Counted from the first letter of the stretch, positions 1 to 10,980 are shown. The stretch is DNA of 60,761 bases from an uncultured Clostridia bacterium (GCA_947629835.1 CANRFH010000004.1:1-60761), one strand, 5' to 3'. A program made the numbers and translations. Notes: generated from the sequence alone by a model not told the origin.

Positions 1-27
1 CTGCTCTACCAACTGAGCTATCAGACC
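1..27 (-). tRNA. 5' part of a tRNA running off the window edge (probably tRNA-Phe)
   Basis: Reverse complement GGTCTGATAGCTCAGTTGGTAGAGCAG is an acceptor 5' strand plus D-arm; the anticodon is outside the window. Confidence 0.65.
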
Positions 28-40
28 ATTAAATTGCACC

Positions 41-83
<43 letters not shown>

Positions 84-114
84 AAATATAAATTTTTTCT
101 ATGTAATAAAAAAA

Positions 115-191
115 TGGCGACCTGGAACGGGCTCGAACCGTCGACCTCTAGCGTGACAGGCTAGCGTTCTAACCAACTGAACTACCAGGCC
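115..191 (-). tRNA. tRNA-Asp(GTC)
   Basis: Full cloverleaf GGCCTGGTAGTTCAG...CTGTCAC...GGTTCGAG...GCCA, encoded CCA. Confidence 0.97.
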
Positions 192-228
192 GTAACAAAT
201 ATTTTTGTTTTGGCTTTATTTTAAAAAA

Positions 229-304
229 TGGTGGGCGCAATAGGGCTCGAACCTATGACCTCCTGCTTGTAAGGCAGATGCTCTCCCAGCTGAGCTATGC
301 GCCC
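229..304 (-). tRNA. tRNA-Val(TAC)
   Basis: Full cloverleaf GGGCGCATAGCTCAG...CTTACAA...GGTTCGAG...ACCA. Confidence 0.97.
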
Positions 305-325
305 ATTTTTCTATCAGCGTATTTT

Positions 326-354
326 AGTATACTAAATTTAGTGCAAAATGTCAA
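326..354 (-). promoter_or_regulatory. SigA promoter of the tRNA cluster
   Basis: TTGACA-17 nt-TATACT on the minus strand just upstream of tRNA-Val. Confidence 0.85.
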
Positions 355-387
355 TACATATTTTGAAATTTTTTCACTTTTTTTGCA

Positions 388-431
388 GTTATATGGTTCG
401 CTAGACTTATAAGTCTAGCGAACCATATAAC
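388..431. terminator. 44-bp perfect palindrome after ctpA (terminator-like)
   Basis: GTTATATGGTTCGCTAGACTTATAAGTCTAGCGAACCATATAAC is its own reverse complement. Confidence 0.65.
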
Positions 432-435
432 ATTT

Positions 436-1605
436 TTATTTCTTTAATAATTCTAATGCTTTATCTATTTGTTCTTCCTCACTAGATATGTCATAATCTG
501 GTTTTACTCCAACTTCATTTATTTTGTTTCCATTTGGAGTATAATATTCAGCTGATGTTACCTTCAAAGCTCCACCATTTGATAGATAAATAAGTTCTTG
601 TATTAAGCCTTTTCCGAAAGTTGTTTTACCAACAATTTCTGCTTTGTCATTTTCCTTTAATGCTGCTACAAATATTTCAGAAGCACTGGCTGTTTCTTCA
701 TTTGTTAACACTACTGTTGGCATTGTTATAGTTCTAGATGAATTTGCCTTTTTTATTTCTTTACTTTCTTTTTTATCCATAGTAATTAGCATAGTTTCAC
801 CTTTATCGCAGAATAAATCAGCTATTTCTAATGCTTGGTCTACTAATCCGCCTCCGTTATTTCTTAAATCAATTATAAGTCCTTTTGCTCCTTCTTTTTC
901 TAGTTCATTATATTGATCTAGAAAATCTTTTGCACAGTCTTCATCAAATGTATTTATTTCTATATATCCTATATCTTTTGTAAACATAGTGCTTTCAACA
1001 TATTTTATATTTATTGGACTTCTTTCAATTTTAATATCAAGTGTTTTTCCATCCCTTAATATTGTTAATGTTACTTCTTTTCCTTCTTCTCCTTTTATAT
1101 AATCTGCAAGGTCATTTATTTGATCAGCATTATATTCTTTTCCATCTACTTTAAGTATTTTATCTTCTGCTTTTAATCCTGCTTTTTCAGCTGGTGACTC
1201 ACTCATTGGTTCTATTACTTTAATATCATTAGTGTCCAAATCTGCTTGAAGATAAACTCCTATTCCTACATAATTTCCAAGTGTAGATGTTTCAAATTGT
1301 TTAAGATCTTCTGGTGTGTAATATTCTGTATATTCATCACCTATGCCGTTTACAGCTCCTTTTATTGCTCCATTAACTAAATCTTCATTATTTATTTCTC
1401 CTAAATATTTGTCTTCAAGTATCTCAGTTATCTTTGATATAGTACCTTTTAGTTGTTCATCTAAACTTACTTTGTCATTTCCTGGTAATGTGAATTTTAC
1501 AGTACTATCATAATTAATAATACTTACAACTACAAAAGTGATTATTGAAATTATAACAATTAACATTAATGTCCTATAAATTGCTTGCATTATTTTCTCT
1601 TTCAT
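436..1605 (-). CDS. ctpA: S41 family carboxy-terminal processing peptidase with PDZ domain
   Basis: GIGV PDZ motif, DLRNNGGG, TASASE and GKTTFGKG motifs; N-terminal TM. Confidence 0.92.
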   Translation of the reverse strand: MKEKIMQAIYRTLMLIVIISIITFVVVSIINYDSTVKFTLPGNDKVSLDEQLKGTISKITEILEDKYLGEINNEDLVNGAIKGAVNGIGDEYTEYYTPEDLKQFETSTLGNYVGIGVYLQADLDTNDIKVIEPMSESPAEKAGLKAEDKILKVDGKEYNADQINDLADYIKGEEGKEVTLTILRDGKTLDIKIERSPINIKYVESTMFTKDIGYIEINTFDEDCAKDFLDQYNELEKEGAKGLIIDLRNNGGGLVDQALEIADLFCDKGETMLITMDKKESKEIKKANSSRTITMPTVVLTNEETASASEIFVAALKENDKAEIVGKTTFGKGLIQELIYLSNGGALKVTSAEYYTPNGNKINEVGVKPDYDISSEEEQIDKALELLKK

Positions 1606-1634
1606 AAGAACCCTCTTCCTTCTTTTTTAAATAT

Positions 1635-1659
1635 AGAAAACCTCAAAATGAGGTTTTCT
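1635..1659. terminator. Intrinsic terminator hairpin
   Basis: AGAAAACCTC-AAAAT-GAGGTTTTCT. Confidence 0.6.
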
Positions 1660-1717
1660 TTTATATAATATATATATATTCCGACTTTAATACTTTATAA
1701 TTAATCAAACCTTATTT

Positions 1718-2920
1718 TTACATTCCTAAATATGGAGCTGGGTTTACATATGTACCATTTAGCAATACACTGAAATGTAAGTGATTTCCTGTTGAATATC
1801 CAGTTGTTCCAACTGTGCCAATTTGTTGTCCTTTTGTTACAGTTTGTCCTACTCTAACTGAAATACTAGAACAGTGTCCATATAATGTAACTAATCCATT
1901 TCCGTGTGAGATCATTATATAATTTCCGTATCCTCCACCACAACTACATCTAGTTTTTGCTGTTTTTGCATAATCATGTGTACAATTGTTAGAAACTGTT
2001 ATAACTGAACCTGATTCTGCTGCAAGTATTGCTGTGCCATGAGGTGCTGCCATGTCTATTCCCTTATGGTTTGCAGAACCTACTCCTCCTGTTGCAGCTG
2101 ATCCTCTATATCCAAAAGTTGAAGAAATTCTAGTGTATCCTGGGCAAGGCCATTTTAGTTCTCCTCCTGTATATACATATCCGCCAGAATTATTAGCATT
2201 TTTTCTTGCTATCTCTTGGAATTCTCTTTCCTTTTGCTTGTATTGTTCATTCAATTCGTCTATTTCTTTTTGTAATTCTTTTTCTTCCTCACTTAATTGT
2301 GATACATATTTATTTTTATTTGCTTTTGTATTCTTTAGATGTATCTCTTCTACGTTTAATGCCGCTTGTTTTTCTTCTAATTGATCTTGCTTTTCGTCTA
2401 ATTCGGCTTTAGATTTCTCTAAACTTGTTTTTTGTTCTTTTATTTTTTCCAAAAGATCTGTATCATATTCAGCAATCTTTCCAATCAAAAAATAATTTGA
2501 TATGAAGTTTGATAGACTTTTTGAATTTAGTAATACATCTAGATATGAAACCGAACCTGCTTTATATTGTGCTACTAACCTTTTGCATAATGTATCATAT
2601 TGTGTATCATATTTTTTTTGTTCTTCTTCAAGTTTTCCTGTTAGTACAGATATTTCTTCATTTAAAGAATTAAGTTCTGTATTAAGTGTATATATTTCAT
2701 CTTCCTTTTGTGAAATCTCTGCATTTAATGTTTCAATTTCTTTCATTGCATCGTCTACTTTATCTTTTATTCCATCTATTTTAGTATTAGCTTCTTTAAT
2801 GCTGTTTTGTATATTTTGCATTTCACTTTGTAACTGGTCTTGGCTATTTGCTGCAAAGCTCATGATTGAAACAGATATAAGTAATAACGCAATTATTACA
2901 CTGATTACTTTTTTTGTCAT
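1718..2920 (-). CDS. Coiled-coil M23 peptidase (EnvC/CwlO-like FtsEX partner)
   Basis: Signal peptide, long coiled coil, HKGID, LYGH and HLHF M23 motifs; directly downstream of ftsX. Confidence 0.9.
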   Translation of the reverse strand: MTKKVISVIIALLLISVSIMSFAANSQDQLQSEMQNIQNSIKEANTKIDGIKDKVDDAMKEIETLNAEISQKEDEIYTLNTELNSLNEEISVLTGKLEEEQKKYDTQYDTLCKRLVAQYKAGSVSYLDVLLNSKSLSNFISNYFLIGKIAEYDTDLLEKIKEQKTSLEKSKAELDEKQDQLEEKQAALNVEEIHLKNTKANKNKYVSQLSEEEKELQKEIDELNEQYKQKEREFQEIARKNANNSGGYVYTGGELKWPCPGYTRISSTFGYRGSAATGGVGSANHKGIDMAAPHGTAILAAESGSVITVSNNCTHDYAKTAKTRCSCGGGYGNYIMISHGNGLVTLYGHCSSISVRVGQTVTKGQQIGTVGTTGYSTGNHLHFSVLLNGTYVNPAPYLGM

Positions 2921-2938
2921 ATGATTCTCCTCCCGAAA

Positions 2939-3832
2939 TTAGACTTCTAGATATTTTCTCATTGAAATTGAGCTTCCTATTACACCAATTCCAACACCTA
3001 GTAAAATATATGTCATTATTAATAAATTAAACATATCTGCAAATGTATATAATTTCAAGTTAAGTACTGCAAATGTTTCTGTTTTTACTAATTGGCTAGT
3101 TGCTAAATTATATAGTAGTCCTACAATTAAAATTGAGATAAATGCTGATACTAGTCCAATTATAATTCCTTCTACTATAAATGGCCATCTTATGAAACTA
3201 TTTGTAGCACCTACATATTTCATAATCGAAATTTCTCTTCTTCTTGAATGAACTGTAAGTTTTATTGTATTTGTTATAATAAATATAGATATAAATACTA
3301 ATATAAGAAGTATTGCAAATGTTACTATTCTTACACCCTTAGTTATATGTCCAAGCATATTTATAGTTTCATTGCTACTATTTACTTCTGTAATATGGTC
3401 TATTTGTTTAACTTGATTTTGTACATTATTATTTAAATCTAGATCAGTTAGAGTTATTATGTATGAAGGAGGTAATATGTCCTCTAAACCATCTAGTACT
3501 TCTGCATATTCTCCAAGGTTTTCTTTGTATGAATTATATGCATCTAAACTTGATACATATTCTACTGTATTTACTCCATCAATTCCTCTAATCTTATTTT
3601 CAATTTCTTTTATTTCTTCATCTGTTGTATCTATGTCAATGTATGCCTGCATTCCTTGTTCTGCCTCAATTTGAGCCATAACATAATTAACATTCTCACC
3701 TATTATAAAGAATAGACCAAACATAAGCATTGCCATACACATTATTGTTAAAGCGGCAACCGTAGACTTTTTATTTTTTAGGACGTTTTTAAATCCTTCA
3801 CCTACTAAATAACTCATTATATTATATTTCAC
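2939..3832 (-). CDS. ftsX: Cell division permease FtsX
   Basis: NTIKLTV..RRREISIMKYVGAT..FIRWPF; probable GTG start at 3832 overlapping ftsE. Confidence 0.93.
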   Translation of the reverse strand: MKYNIMSYLVGEGFKNVLKNKKSTVAALTIMCMAMLMFGLFFIIGENVNYVMAQIEAEQGMQAYIDIDTTDEEIKEIENKIRGIDGVNTVEYVSSLDAYNSYKENLGEYAEVLDGLEDILPPSYIITLTDLDLNNNVQNQVKQIDHITEVNSSNETINMLGHITKGVRIVTFAILLILVFISIFIITNTIKLTVHSRRREISIMKYVGATNSFIRWPFIVEGIIIGLVSAFISILIVGLLYNLATSQLVKTETFAVLNLKLYTFADMFNLLIMTYILLGVGIGVIGSSISMRKYLEV

Positions 3833-4508
3833 TGTTATAACCACCCTTTTTATCATCTCTTACTATATTGCCTTTTTCTATCTGTATTACTCTTTTTTTC
3901 ATTTTATCTACTATGTCTTTTGCGTGTGTTGCAACAATTACTGTCGTACCTCTCATATTGATTTCATTAAGTAAGTTCATAATATCCCAAGCTGTATCTG
4001 GGTCTAAGTTTCCAGTTGGCTCGTCTGCAATTAGCATAGATGGGTTATTAACTAATGCTCTCGCTAATGCTACCCTTTGTTGTTCTCCACCTGATAATTC
4101 ATTTGGGTACATTTTTGCTTTTTCACTTAAACCAACTAATGATAGTACCATTGGCACTTGTCTTCTAATGTGCCTTTGAGTTGCTCTTACTATATACATA
4201 GCATAAGCTACATTATCATATACAGTTTTGTCTGGTAATAATCTGAAGTCTTGGAATACTACTCCCATACTTCTTCTAAGATATGGAATTCTGCTTTTCT
4301 TTAAAAATGTTGTATCTTTTCCATTGATAATTATATTTCCTGATGTAGGTTCTTCCTCTTTTAATATTAGTTTTATTAATGTTGATTTTCCTGATCCAGA
4401 ACTTCCTACTAAAAATGCGAATTCCCCTTTTTCAATTAAAAAGTTTGCATTATTTACAGCCTCTGTTCCTGTTGAATATTTTTTACTTACATTTCTAAAT
4501 TCTATCAT
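3822..4508 (-). CDS. ftsE: Cell division ATP-binding protein FtsE
   Basis: [36 protein letters not shown]. Confidence 0.95.
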   Translation of the reverse strand: MIEFRNVSKKYSTGTEAVNNANFLIEKGEFAFLVGSSGSGKSTLIKLILKEEEPTSGNIIINGKDTTFLKKSRIPYLRRSMGVVFQDFRLLPDKTVYDNVAYAMYIVRATQRHIRRQVPMVLSLVGLSEKAKMYPNELSGGEQQRVALARALVNNPSMLIADEPTGNLDPDTAWDIMNLLNEINMRGTTVIVATHAKDIVDKMKKRVIQIEKGNIVRDDKKGGYNSEI

Positions 4509-4696
4509 TTCTATTTCCTTCCAAATGTATAGGTTAATTATCTTATAATTTCTCTTTATATATCATAACAATAAATTTAAATTAATGCAATAGTTTTTTT
4601 TGTAAAAATATGATAATTTTTCTTTGTTTCTATGAATTTTAAGCATATTTTCACTATTTTTGTATTTTTTAAGAATTCACAAAAAATTTACAAACT

Positions 4697-4726
4697 AAAA
4701 AATACACCTAGATATAGGTGTATTTT
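4697..4726 (-). terminator. Intrinsic terminator after the acyl-CoA ligase
   Basis: AAAATACACCTA-GATA-TAGGTGTATTTT with a T tract. Confidence 0.7.
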
Positions 4727-4728
4727 AA

Positions 4729-6446
4729 CTATTTGCTAGATTTCATTTTTTGTAATTCTACATGTCTTTTTACTTTTTGTGTTGTTGTTTTTACCATAGG
4801 CTCATCTGTTAGAATTAAATTTTTCATATATTTATATTTTGGAAGCCTTTTATTTATCTCTTTTATATCGTTCCATACAATGTTTCTTAATTCTTCTTGT
4901 GAAATATTAGGATAATGTTCTTTTACATATTCTTTATCATATACAATTTTTACTGATACAACTAAGTCGTCATCTTTTGGTTCTCCATATACCATACTTT
5001 CTGCAACATAAGGAAGATTATTTATTAATACCTCTAATTCTTCTGGATATATATTTTTTCCGTTTTTCAATACTATTACATTTTTTTGTCTTCCTGCAAC
5101 ATATAGTATACCATCTTTATCCATATATCCTAAGTCACCTGTATATAACCATCCGTTTTTTAAAACGGCCTTTGTTTCTTCTTCATCTTCATAATATCCA
5201 AGCATTACATTTGGTCCTTTTGCAATTATTTCTCCTATTCCTTCTTCATTTGGATTATCTATTTTCATTTCTACATCTGGCATTGGATAACCTATTGAAC
5301 CATATCTAAGGACTTTTGCATTTTCTGCTGAAAGTACAGGAGATGTTTCTGTAAGTCCATATCCTTGTATTGTAAGTATTCCTAAATCATTTAAGCCTTT
5401 TGCAACCTTTTTATCAAGAGCAGATGCACCACTTACTATAAACCTTAACTCGCCTCCGAAGCTCATCTAATACTTCTTTAAATACTTTTCTTCTTATATC
5501 TATACCAAATAATAGAAGTGTCTTGGTAAGTATTTTCCCTAGCCTTACAACATTTGTCTTTCCTTTTTTCTCTATTGCTGTTTCAATTTTTTTATACATT
5601 GATTCTATCAAAAGTGGTACACAAATAAATACTGTAACTTTGTATTCTTTTAAATTTTCTTGTATATGTCTTAGTCCATCACAAAATACATTTTTCATTC
5701 CTTTTGATAAATATAATAGCTGTCCAGTTGATCCAAATGTATGATGGTATGGTAAAAATGCAATGTTCGTATCTGTTTCAGTTAACCACTCTACTTTTGA
5801 CATAGAATTTATATTACTTGCTATATTTTTATGAGATAACATTACAGCCTTAGATAATGATGTTGTTCCAGATGTGAAAACTATTGTAGCCATTTCTTCT
5901 GCATTTATCTTAGCATCTAAATATTTTCTATCTCCTTTGTTTATAAGGTCTTCACCTTTTTTTATTAAGTCTTTAATAGTAGTTATATTTTCTACTTCAT
6001 CCATAGTTACAACTTCTTTTAATGAAGTTTCACCTTTGTCTATTATTCTTTTGATTGTTTCTACATAATTTTCTTCACAGAAAATCATTTCTACTTTTGC
6101 TTTTTTAATTGACATTTCTATTTCTTCTTCTGGTAGACCTTTATCAAGTGGAACAATTACTCCGAACACCATTTATAACAGATGCATATGAAAGTACCCA
6201 CTCGTATCTATTCTTTCCAATAACTGCAATTCTTTTATCTTTGTATCCTAAATCTATTAATGCTGTTCCAAGTGCATTTATTTCTTTTCCTAATCTTTCA
6301 TAGGTAATATTTTCGTATTTTACATCTTTTCCATCTTTATGCTTTATAACAAAAGCAATATTCTTTGAAAATTCTTTACAAGCATAGTTTATCATTTCTT
6401 TTAAATCTCTAAACTCTCTTGTTTCATATAAAATTTTGTTTTTCAT
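4729..6446 (-). CDS. Long-chain fatty acid-CoA ligase (AMP-binding), 571 aa when two CGGA sites (6161-6164, 5455-5458) are read as Gly
   Basis: Three ORF-track fragments join as VING-V[G]-VIVPLD and DEL[G]GELRF; FTSGTT, QGYGLTETSP and TGDLG motifs. Confidence 0.88.
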
Positions 6447-6551
6447 ATTATAAATATATCCTCTCTAATCTAGTATTTAATACTAGATTATCACATATGA
6501 AAAAATAAGTCAATTAGTTTGACCATTCATTCTATAAAACTTAAATAACAT

Positions 6552-7700
6552 TTATTCTGTCCTTAATTCATTAACTATCCTTGCAAGATTATCTACTAAA
6601 AAGTCTATATCTTCTTTTGTATTTCTATCTCCAAATGTAGTTCTAAGTGAACCAGATATATATTCTTTTGATGTTCCGTATTGCTAAAAGAACATGTGAT
6701 GGTGCAGTTTCTCCTGAATTACAGGCAGAGCCACTTGATGCACATATTCCGAACCTCATCTAGTTTTAAAAGAAGACAACTTCCATCTACATCCTTAAAT
6801 GATATATTGATATTTCCTGGAAGCCTATCATACCTATCTCCATTAATTCTTATATCTTTTATTTTCTTTTCTAAACTTGAAATATAATATTCTCTTAAAT
6901 TTTTTAGCTTTTCATTGTATTTATCAATATTTTCATAAGCGATTTTTATAGCTTTTCCGCAATCCAACTATTCCTGCTACATTTTCTGTTCCTGCTCTTT
7001 TATTTTTTTCTTGATGTCCACCATTTTGTATCTTTTGAAAATTTATACCCTGCCTTACATATAATGCTCCAACTCCTTTTGGTCCATAAAATTTATGTGC
7101 AGATAAAGATAATAAATCAATATTATCTTGTTCCACATCAATTTTTATATTTCCTATTGCTTGAACTGCATCTGTATGGAAAATTACATTATGCCTCTTT
7201 GCAATTTTTCCTATTTCTCTTATAGGTTGAATGGTTCCTATCTCATTGTTTGCTGTCATGATAGAAATTAAAATTGTACTATCAGTAATTGCATTTTCTA
7301 ATTCTTCCAAAGAAACTTTTCCGTTTTTATCTACTCCTAAATATGTTACTCTGAATCCCTCTTGCTCTAAAATCTCGCAAGTTTCTAGTACCGCATTATG
7401 CTCTATTTTTGTTGTTATAATGTGATTGCCTTTATTTCTATTTGCATAAGCAACTCCCTTTATTGCTAAATTATCACTTTCACTACCACATCCTGTAAAA
7501 TATATTTCCTTTGGTTTAGCATTAAGCACTCTTGCAACTCTTTCTCTTGCAAGTTCTATTGCCCTTTTATTTTCTCTTCCTATCTTATATATTGAAGATG
7601 GATTTCCATAGTTTAATTCAAAGTATGGAAGCATCTCTTTCAAAACATCTTCTTTTACATACGTTGTTGCTGCGTGATCAAAATATCGTATTTTATCCAA
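6552..7700 (-). CDS. iscS: Cysteine desulfurase, 381 aa when three CGGA sites (6956-6959, 6748-6751, 6675-6678) are read as Gly
   Basis: [28 protein letters not shown][G]KA, DEV[G][16 protein letters not shown][G]...GSLRTTFG to TAA at 6552. Confidence 0.9.
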
Positions 7701-7759
7701 AATAATTCCTCCCTTTATATTAGTATATGAAAATAGGGAGGATTAATTCAATTATTATA

Positions 7760-9721
7760 TTAAACTATGTTTTCTAGTTCTTTTATTTTATCTCTTAACT
7801 CTGCTGCTTTTTCGAACTCTAATTCTTGTGCATATTTTATCATTTCATTTGTTAATTTTTCAATTACTTCGCTTATATCTTCATCATCTTTTATATCGTG
7901 TTCTGCTTTGATATCTTCTACTATTGTTGCTTTAATCGTATCTCTTACACTCTTTTTAATTGTTTGAGGAGTTATTCCATTTGCTTCATTATATTCTTTC
8001 TGAAGTCTTCTTCTCCTGTTTGTCTCTGATATAGCTTTTTCCATACTATTTGTTAGTTCGTCTGCATACATAATAACCTTTCCATCTGTATTTCTTGCAG
8101 CACGTCCTACTGTTTGTATTAGTGATCTTTCTGAACGCAAAAAGCCTTCTTTATCTGCATCAAGTATTGCAACTAATGACACCTCTGGTATATCTAGTCC
8201 CTCTCTTAAAAGGTTTATACCAACTAATACATCATATTTTCCGAATTCTTAGGTCTCTAATTATTTCCATTCTCTCTAATGCTTTTATATCTGAATGCAT
8301 ATATGTTACTTTTATATCAATACCTGCTAAGTATGCTGTCAAATCTTCTGCCATTTTCTTTGTCAAAGTTGTGACTAAAACTCTTTCGTTCTTTTCAACT
8401 CTTAGTCTTATTTCTTCTATTAAATCGTCTACTTGATTTTCAACTGGTTTTACAATTATTTCTGGATCTAAAAGTCCTGTTGGTCTTATAATTTGCTCTA
8501 CTACATTTCCATCTGAGTGTTCTAATTCATACTCTGCTGGAGTTGCTGATACAAATATACATTTATTTATCTTCTTTTCAAATTCTTCAAATTTAAGTGG
8601 TCTATTATCTAGTGCAGAAGGTAATCTAAAACCATACTGTATTAAACTTTCCTTTCTTGCTTTGTCTCCGTTATACATTGCTCTTACTTGTGGTATTGTT
8701 GCGTGAGATTCGTCTATGAACATTATAAAATCATCTGGCAAATAGTCTAATAGTGTAAATGGAGCACTTCCGTGGTTTTCTTCCGACTTATATGTCTTGA
8801 ATAGTTCTCTATTCCTTGGCAAAAGCCAGTTTCTCTTAACATCTCCATATCAAAATTAGTTCTTTCTTCTATCCTTTGAGCTTCTATAAATTTATTTTTA
8901 TCTTTAAAATATTTTATCCTTTCTTGCAATTCTTCATCTATTGTAACAAGTGCTCTTTCCATCTTGTCCTCTCCTGTTACATAGTGAGAATTAGGGAATA
9001 TCATAACATGTGATCTTATTCCTATTGTCTTTCCTGTAAGTGGGTTTATCTCTGTGATTTTTTCTATCTCATCTCCCCAAAATTCTACTCTTATTGCCTT
9101 TTCATTTTGGTCTGATGGATATACTTCTAAAATATCTCCTTTTGCTCTAAATGTTCCTCTTTTAAAGTCCATTTCATTTCTTGTATATTGCATATTTACA
9201 AGTTTCCTTAAAATCTCGTCTCTTGATTTTAACATTCCGGGGTCTTAGAGATACTGCCATATTTTCATAGTCTATTGGGTCTCCGAAGTCCATATATGCA
9301 AGATACTGATGCAACTATTATTACATCTCTTCTTTCAAAAAGTGCAGCTGTTGCTGAGTGTCTTAGCTTATCTATTTCATCATTTATAGACGCATCTTTT
9401 TCTATATATGTGTCTGTTGATGCTACATAGCTTTCTGGCTGATAATAATCGTAGTATGATACAAAATACTCAACTGCGTTCTCTGGGAAGAACTCCTTGA
9501 ACTCCGAATAAAGTTGTCCTGCTAAGGTCTTATTATGTGCTAAAATGAGTGTCGGTTTTTGCACTTTTTCAATTACATTTGCCATTGTGAAAGTTTTTCC
9601 GAGAGCCTGTAACACCTAGTAACGTCTGGAATTTCTTACCTTTCTCTATTCCTTTTGCTAAATATTCTATTGCTTTTGGTTGGTCACCAGTTGGTTTATA
9701 TTCCGAATGAATCTTAAACAT
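7760..9721 (-). CDS. uvrB: Excinuclease ABC subunit B, 651 aa when six CGGA sites (9598, 9282, 9236, 8782, 8769, 8240) are read as Gly
   Basis: ATG at 9721 with GGAG RBS; PTGDQP, GVTGS[G][15 protein letters not shown][G]DP, DESH, LRI[G][23 protein letters not shown]-terminal UVR domain. Confidence 0.93.
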
Positions 9722-9748
9722 TTTTCTTTTCTCCTTTTTATTTTTCCG

Positions 9749-10190
9749 TCATTTATTGTATGTGCAAATTTTAAACATACTTAACTTTCGTTTAATTCTA
9801 AATTCATTTAAATAAAACTTTCTTTTATCGTCTTCGTCGATTTTGATTAGTTCCAAATAATGTGACCAACTTAAATTTCCGAGACAGTGTTTCGGAATTT
9901 TGATATACATTATAGAATTTTCTCATTTTTTCTAAATTATCAACTGAAAAACCTTTTCCAAACTCATTTGTAAGTTTTTCTGATAGTTTTTGTAAAACAG
10001 CATCTCCATAGTTAGCTCTTTCATTTCCTTGTTGAATTTCCATTATAACTTTTCCTATATTCCAATATAAATTGAGCATTTCTGTATTTACTACACTATA
10101 TACTCTATTTCTACTATTGTTTATTAAATCTCTAATTTCTTCAAAAATAGGATTTATATTTTTATCAATCAATGATAAATCTTTTGACAT
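9749..10190 (-). CDS. DUF1016/YhcG N-terminal domain protein (146 aa with one CGGA site at 9878-9881), lacking the C-terminal nuclease domain
   Basis: YWNIG, RANYG, GKGFS..NL..MRKFY; after the +1 shift the conserved LSWSHY.ELI...R.FY appears. Confidence 0.75.
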
Positions 10191-10262
10191 TTGATTTCTC
10201 CTCTCTTAAGTTATATTTTATTCATACGAATGAGTCACTTGCTAATATAAATTGTAATTTGT

Positions 10263-10457
10263 TTAATTATTCTTATTATCATTATTTTTATTTTTTTCAG
10301 TAATACTTAATTGTGAAAAAGCAGCACTAAACACACTAGTTATTACAGCATATCCTGCATTTACTTCTCCTTTATTTATTAGTACATAACCTGCTCCTAT
10401 TAAAGTTAATATAAAAAATACAAATGTTAATATTCTAAATATTTTCTCTTTTTTCAT
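10263..10457 (-). CDS. Small two-TM membrane protein
   Basis: 64 aa, GGAGG RBS, two hydrophobic segments. Confidence 0.65.
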   Translation of the reverse strand: MKKEKIFRILTFVFFILTLIGAGYVLINKGEVNAGYAVITSVFSAAFSQLSITEKNKNNDNKNN

Positions 10458-10524
10458 AAATTTTTACCTCCAATACAAATTACTATTTATCTAATTATTC
10501 CTTCTGTATATCCTTAGGAAGTTT

Positions 10525-10980
10525 TTAATAAAGTTCATAATTATAACTTTCAAGTAGTTCTTGACATTTTTTATTTTCAATCTGATGAATTTCTAAAATA
10601 TCTTTCTCTTTATTTTCTAAATAATTATATATCATATCATCTCTAAATCCAATTTCTGCAACTTCTTTTCTATTAGTTACAAAATAAATTTCTTTAATAT
10701 TAGACCAAATAATTGCTGATAAGCACATAGGACAAGGTTCACTAGTGGAATACATAACACAATCAGTTAAATCATAAGTATTTAATCTTTTACATGCATC
10801 ACGAATAGCAATTATTTCAGCATGTGCCGTTGGGTCTTTTTCTTTTAAAACTTTATTATTTCCATAACCGATTATTTTATTATCTTTAACAACAACTGCT
10901 CCAAATGGACCACCTTCTAAATTTTTAACTCCTAACTTAGCAAGTTCTATTGCTTTATCAAAATATTTCTGCATACTCAA
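10525..10980 (-). CDS. Zn-dependent nucleoside/guanine deaminase (GuaD-like)
   Basis: GGPFGAVVV, DPTAHAE, EPCPMC. Confidence 0.85.
   Translation of the reverse strand: MSMQKYFDKAIELAKLGVKNLEGGPFGAVVVKDNKIIGYGNNKVLKEKDPTAHAEIIAIRDACKRLNTYDLTDCVMYSTSEPCPMCLSAIIWSNIKEIYFVTNRKEVAEIGFRDDMIYNYLENKEKDILEIHQIENKKCQELLESYNYELY

Noticed and set aside
4729..9721. Calling the split acyl-CoA ligase, iscS and uvrB (and uvrA, ispG, copA) pseudogenes
   Set aside because: There are no nonsense codons, deletions or motif decay; every lesion is the identical codon-phased CGGA and repaired lengths are normal.
10525..10980. Deaminase as TadA (tRNA-Arg A34 deaminase) linked to CGN decoding
   Set aside because: GGPFGAVVV and the CLSAIIWS context match the GuaD-like subgroup better; proximity to the hotspot and tcdA is probably incidental.
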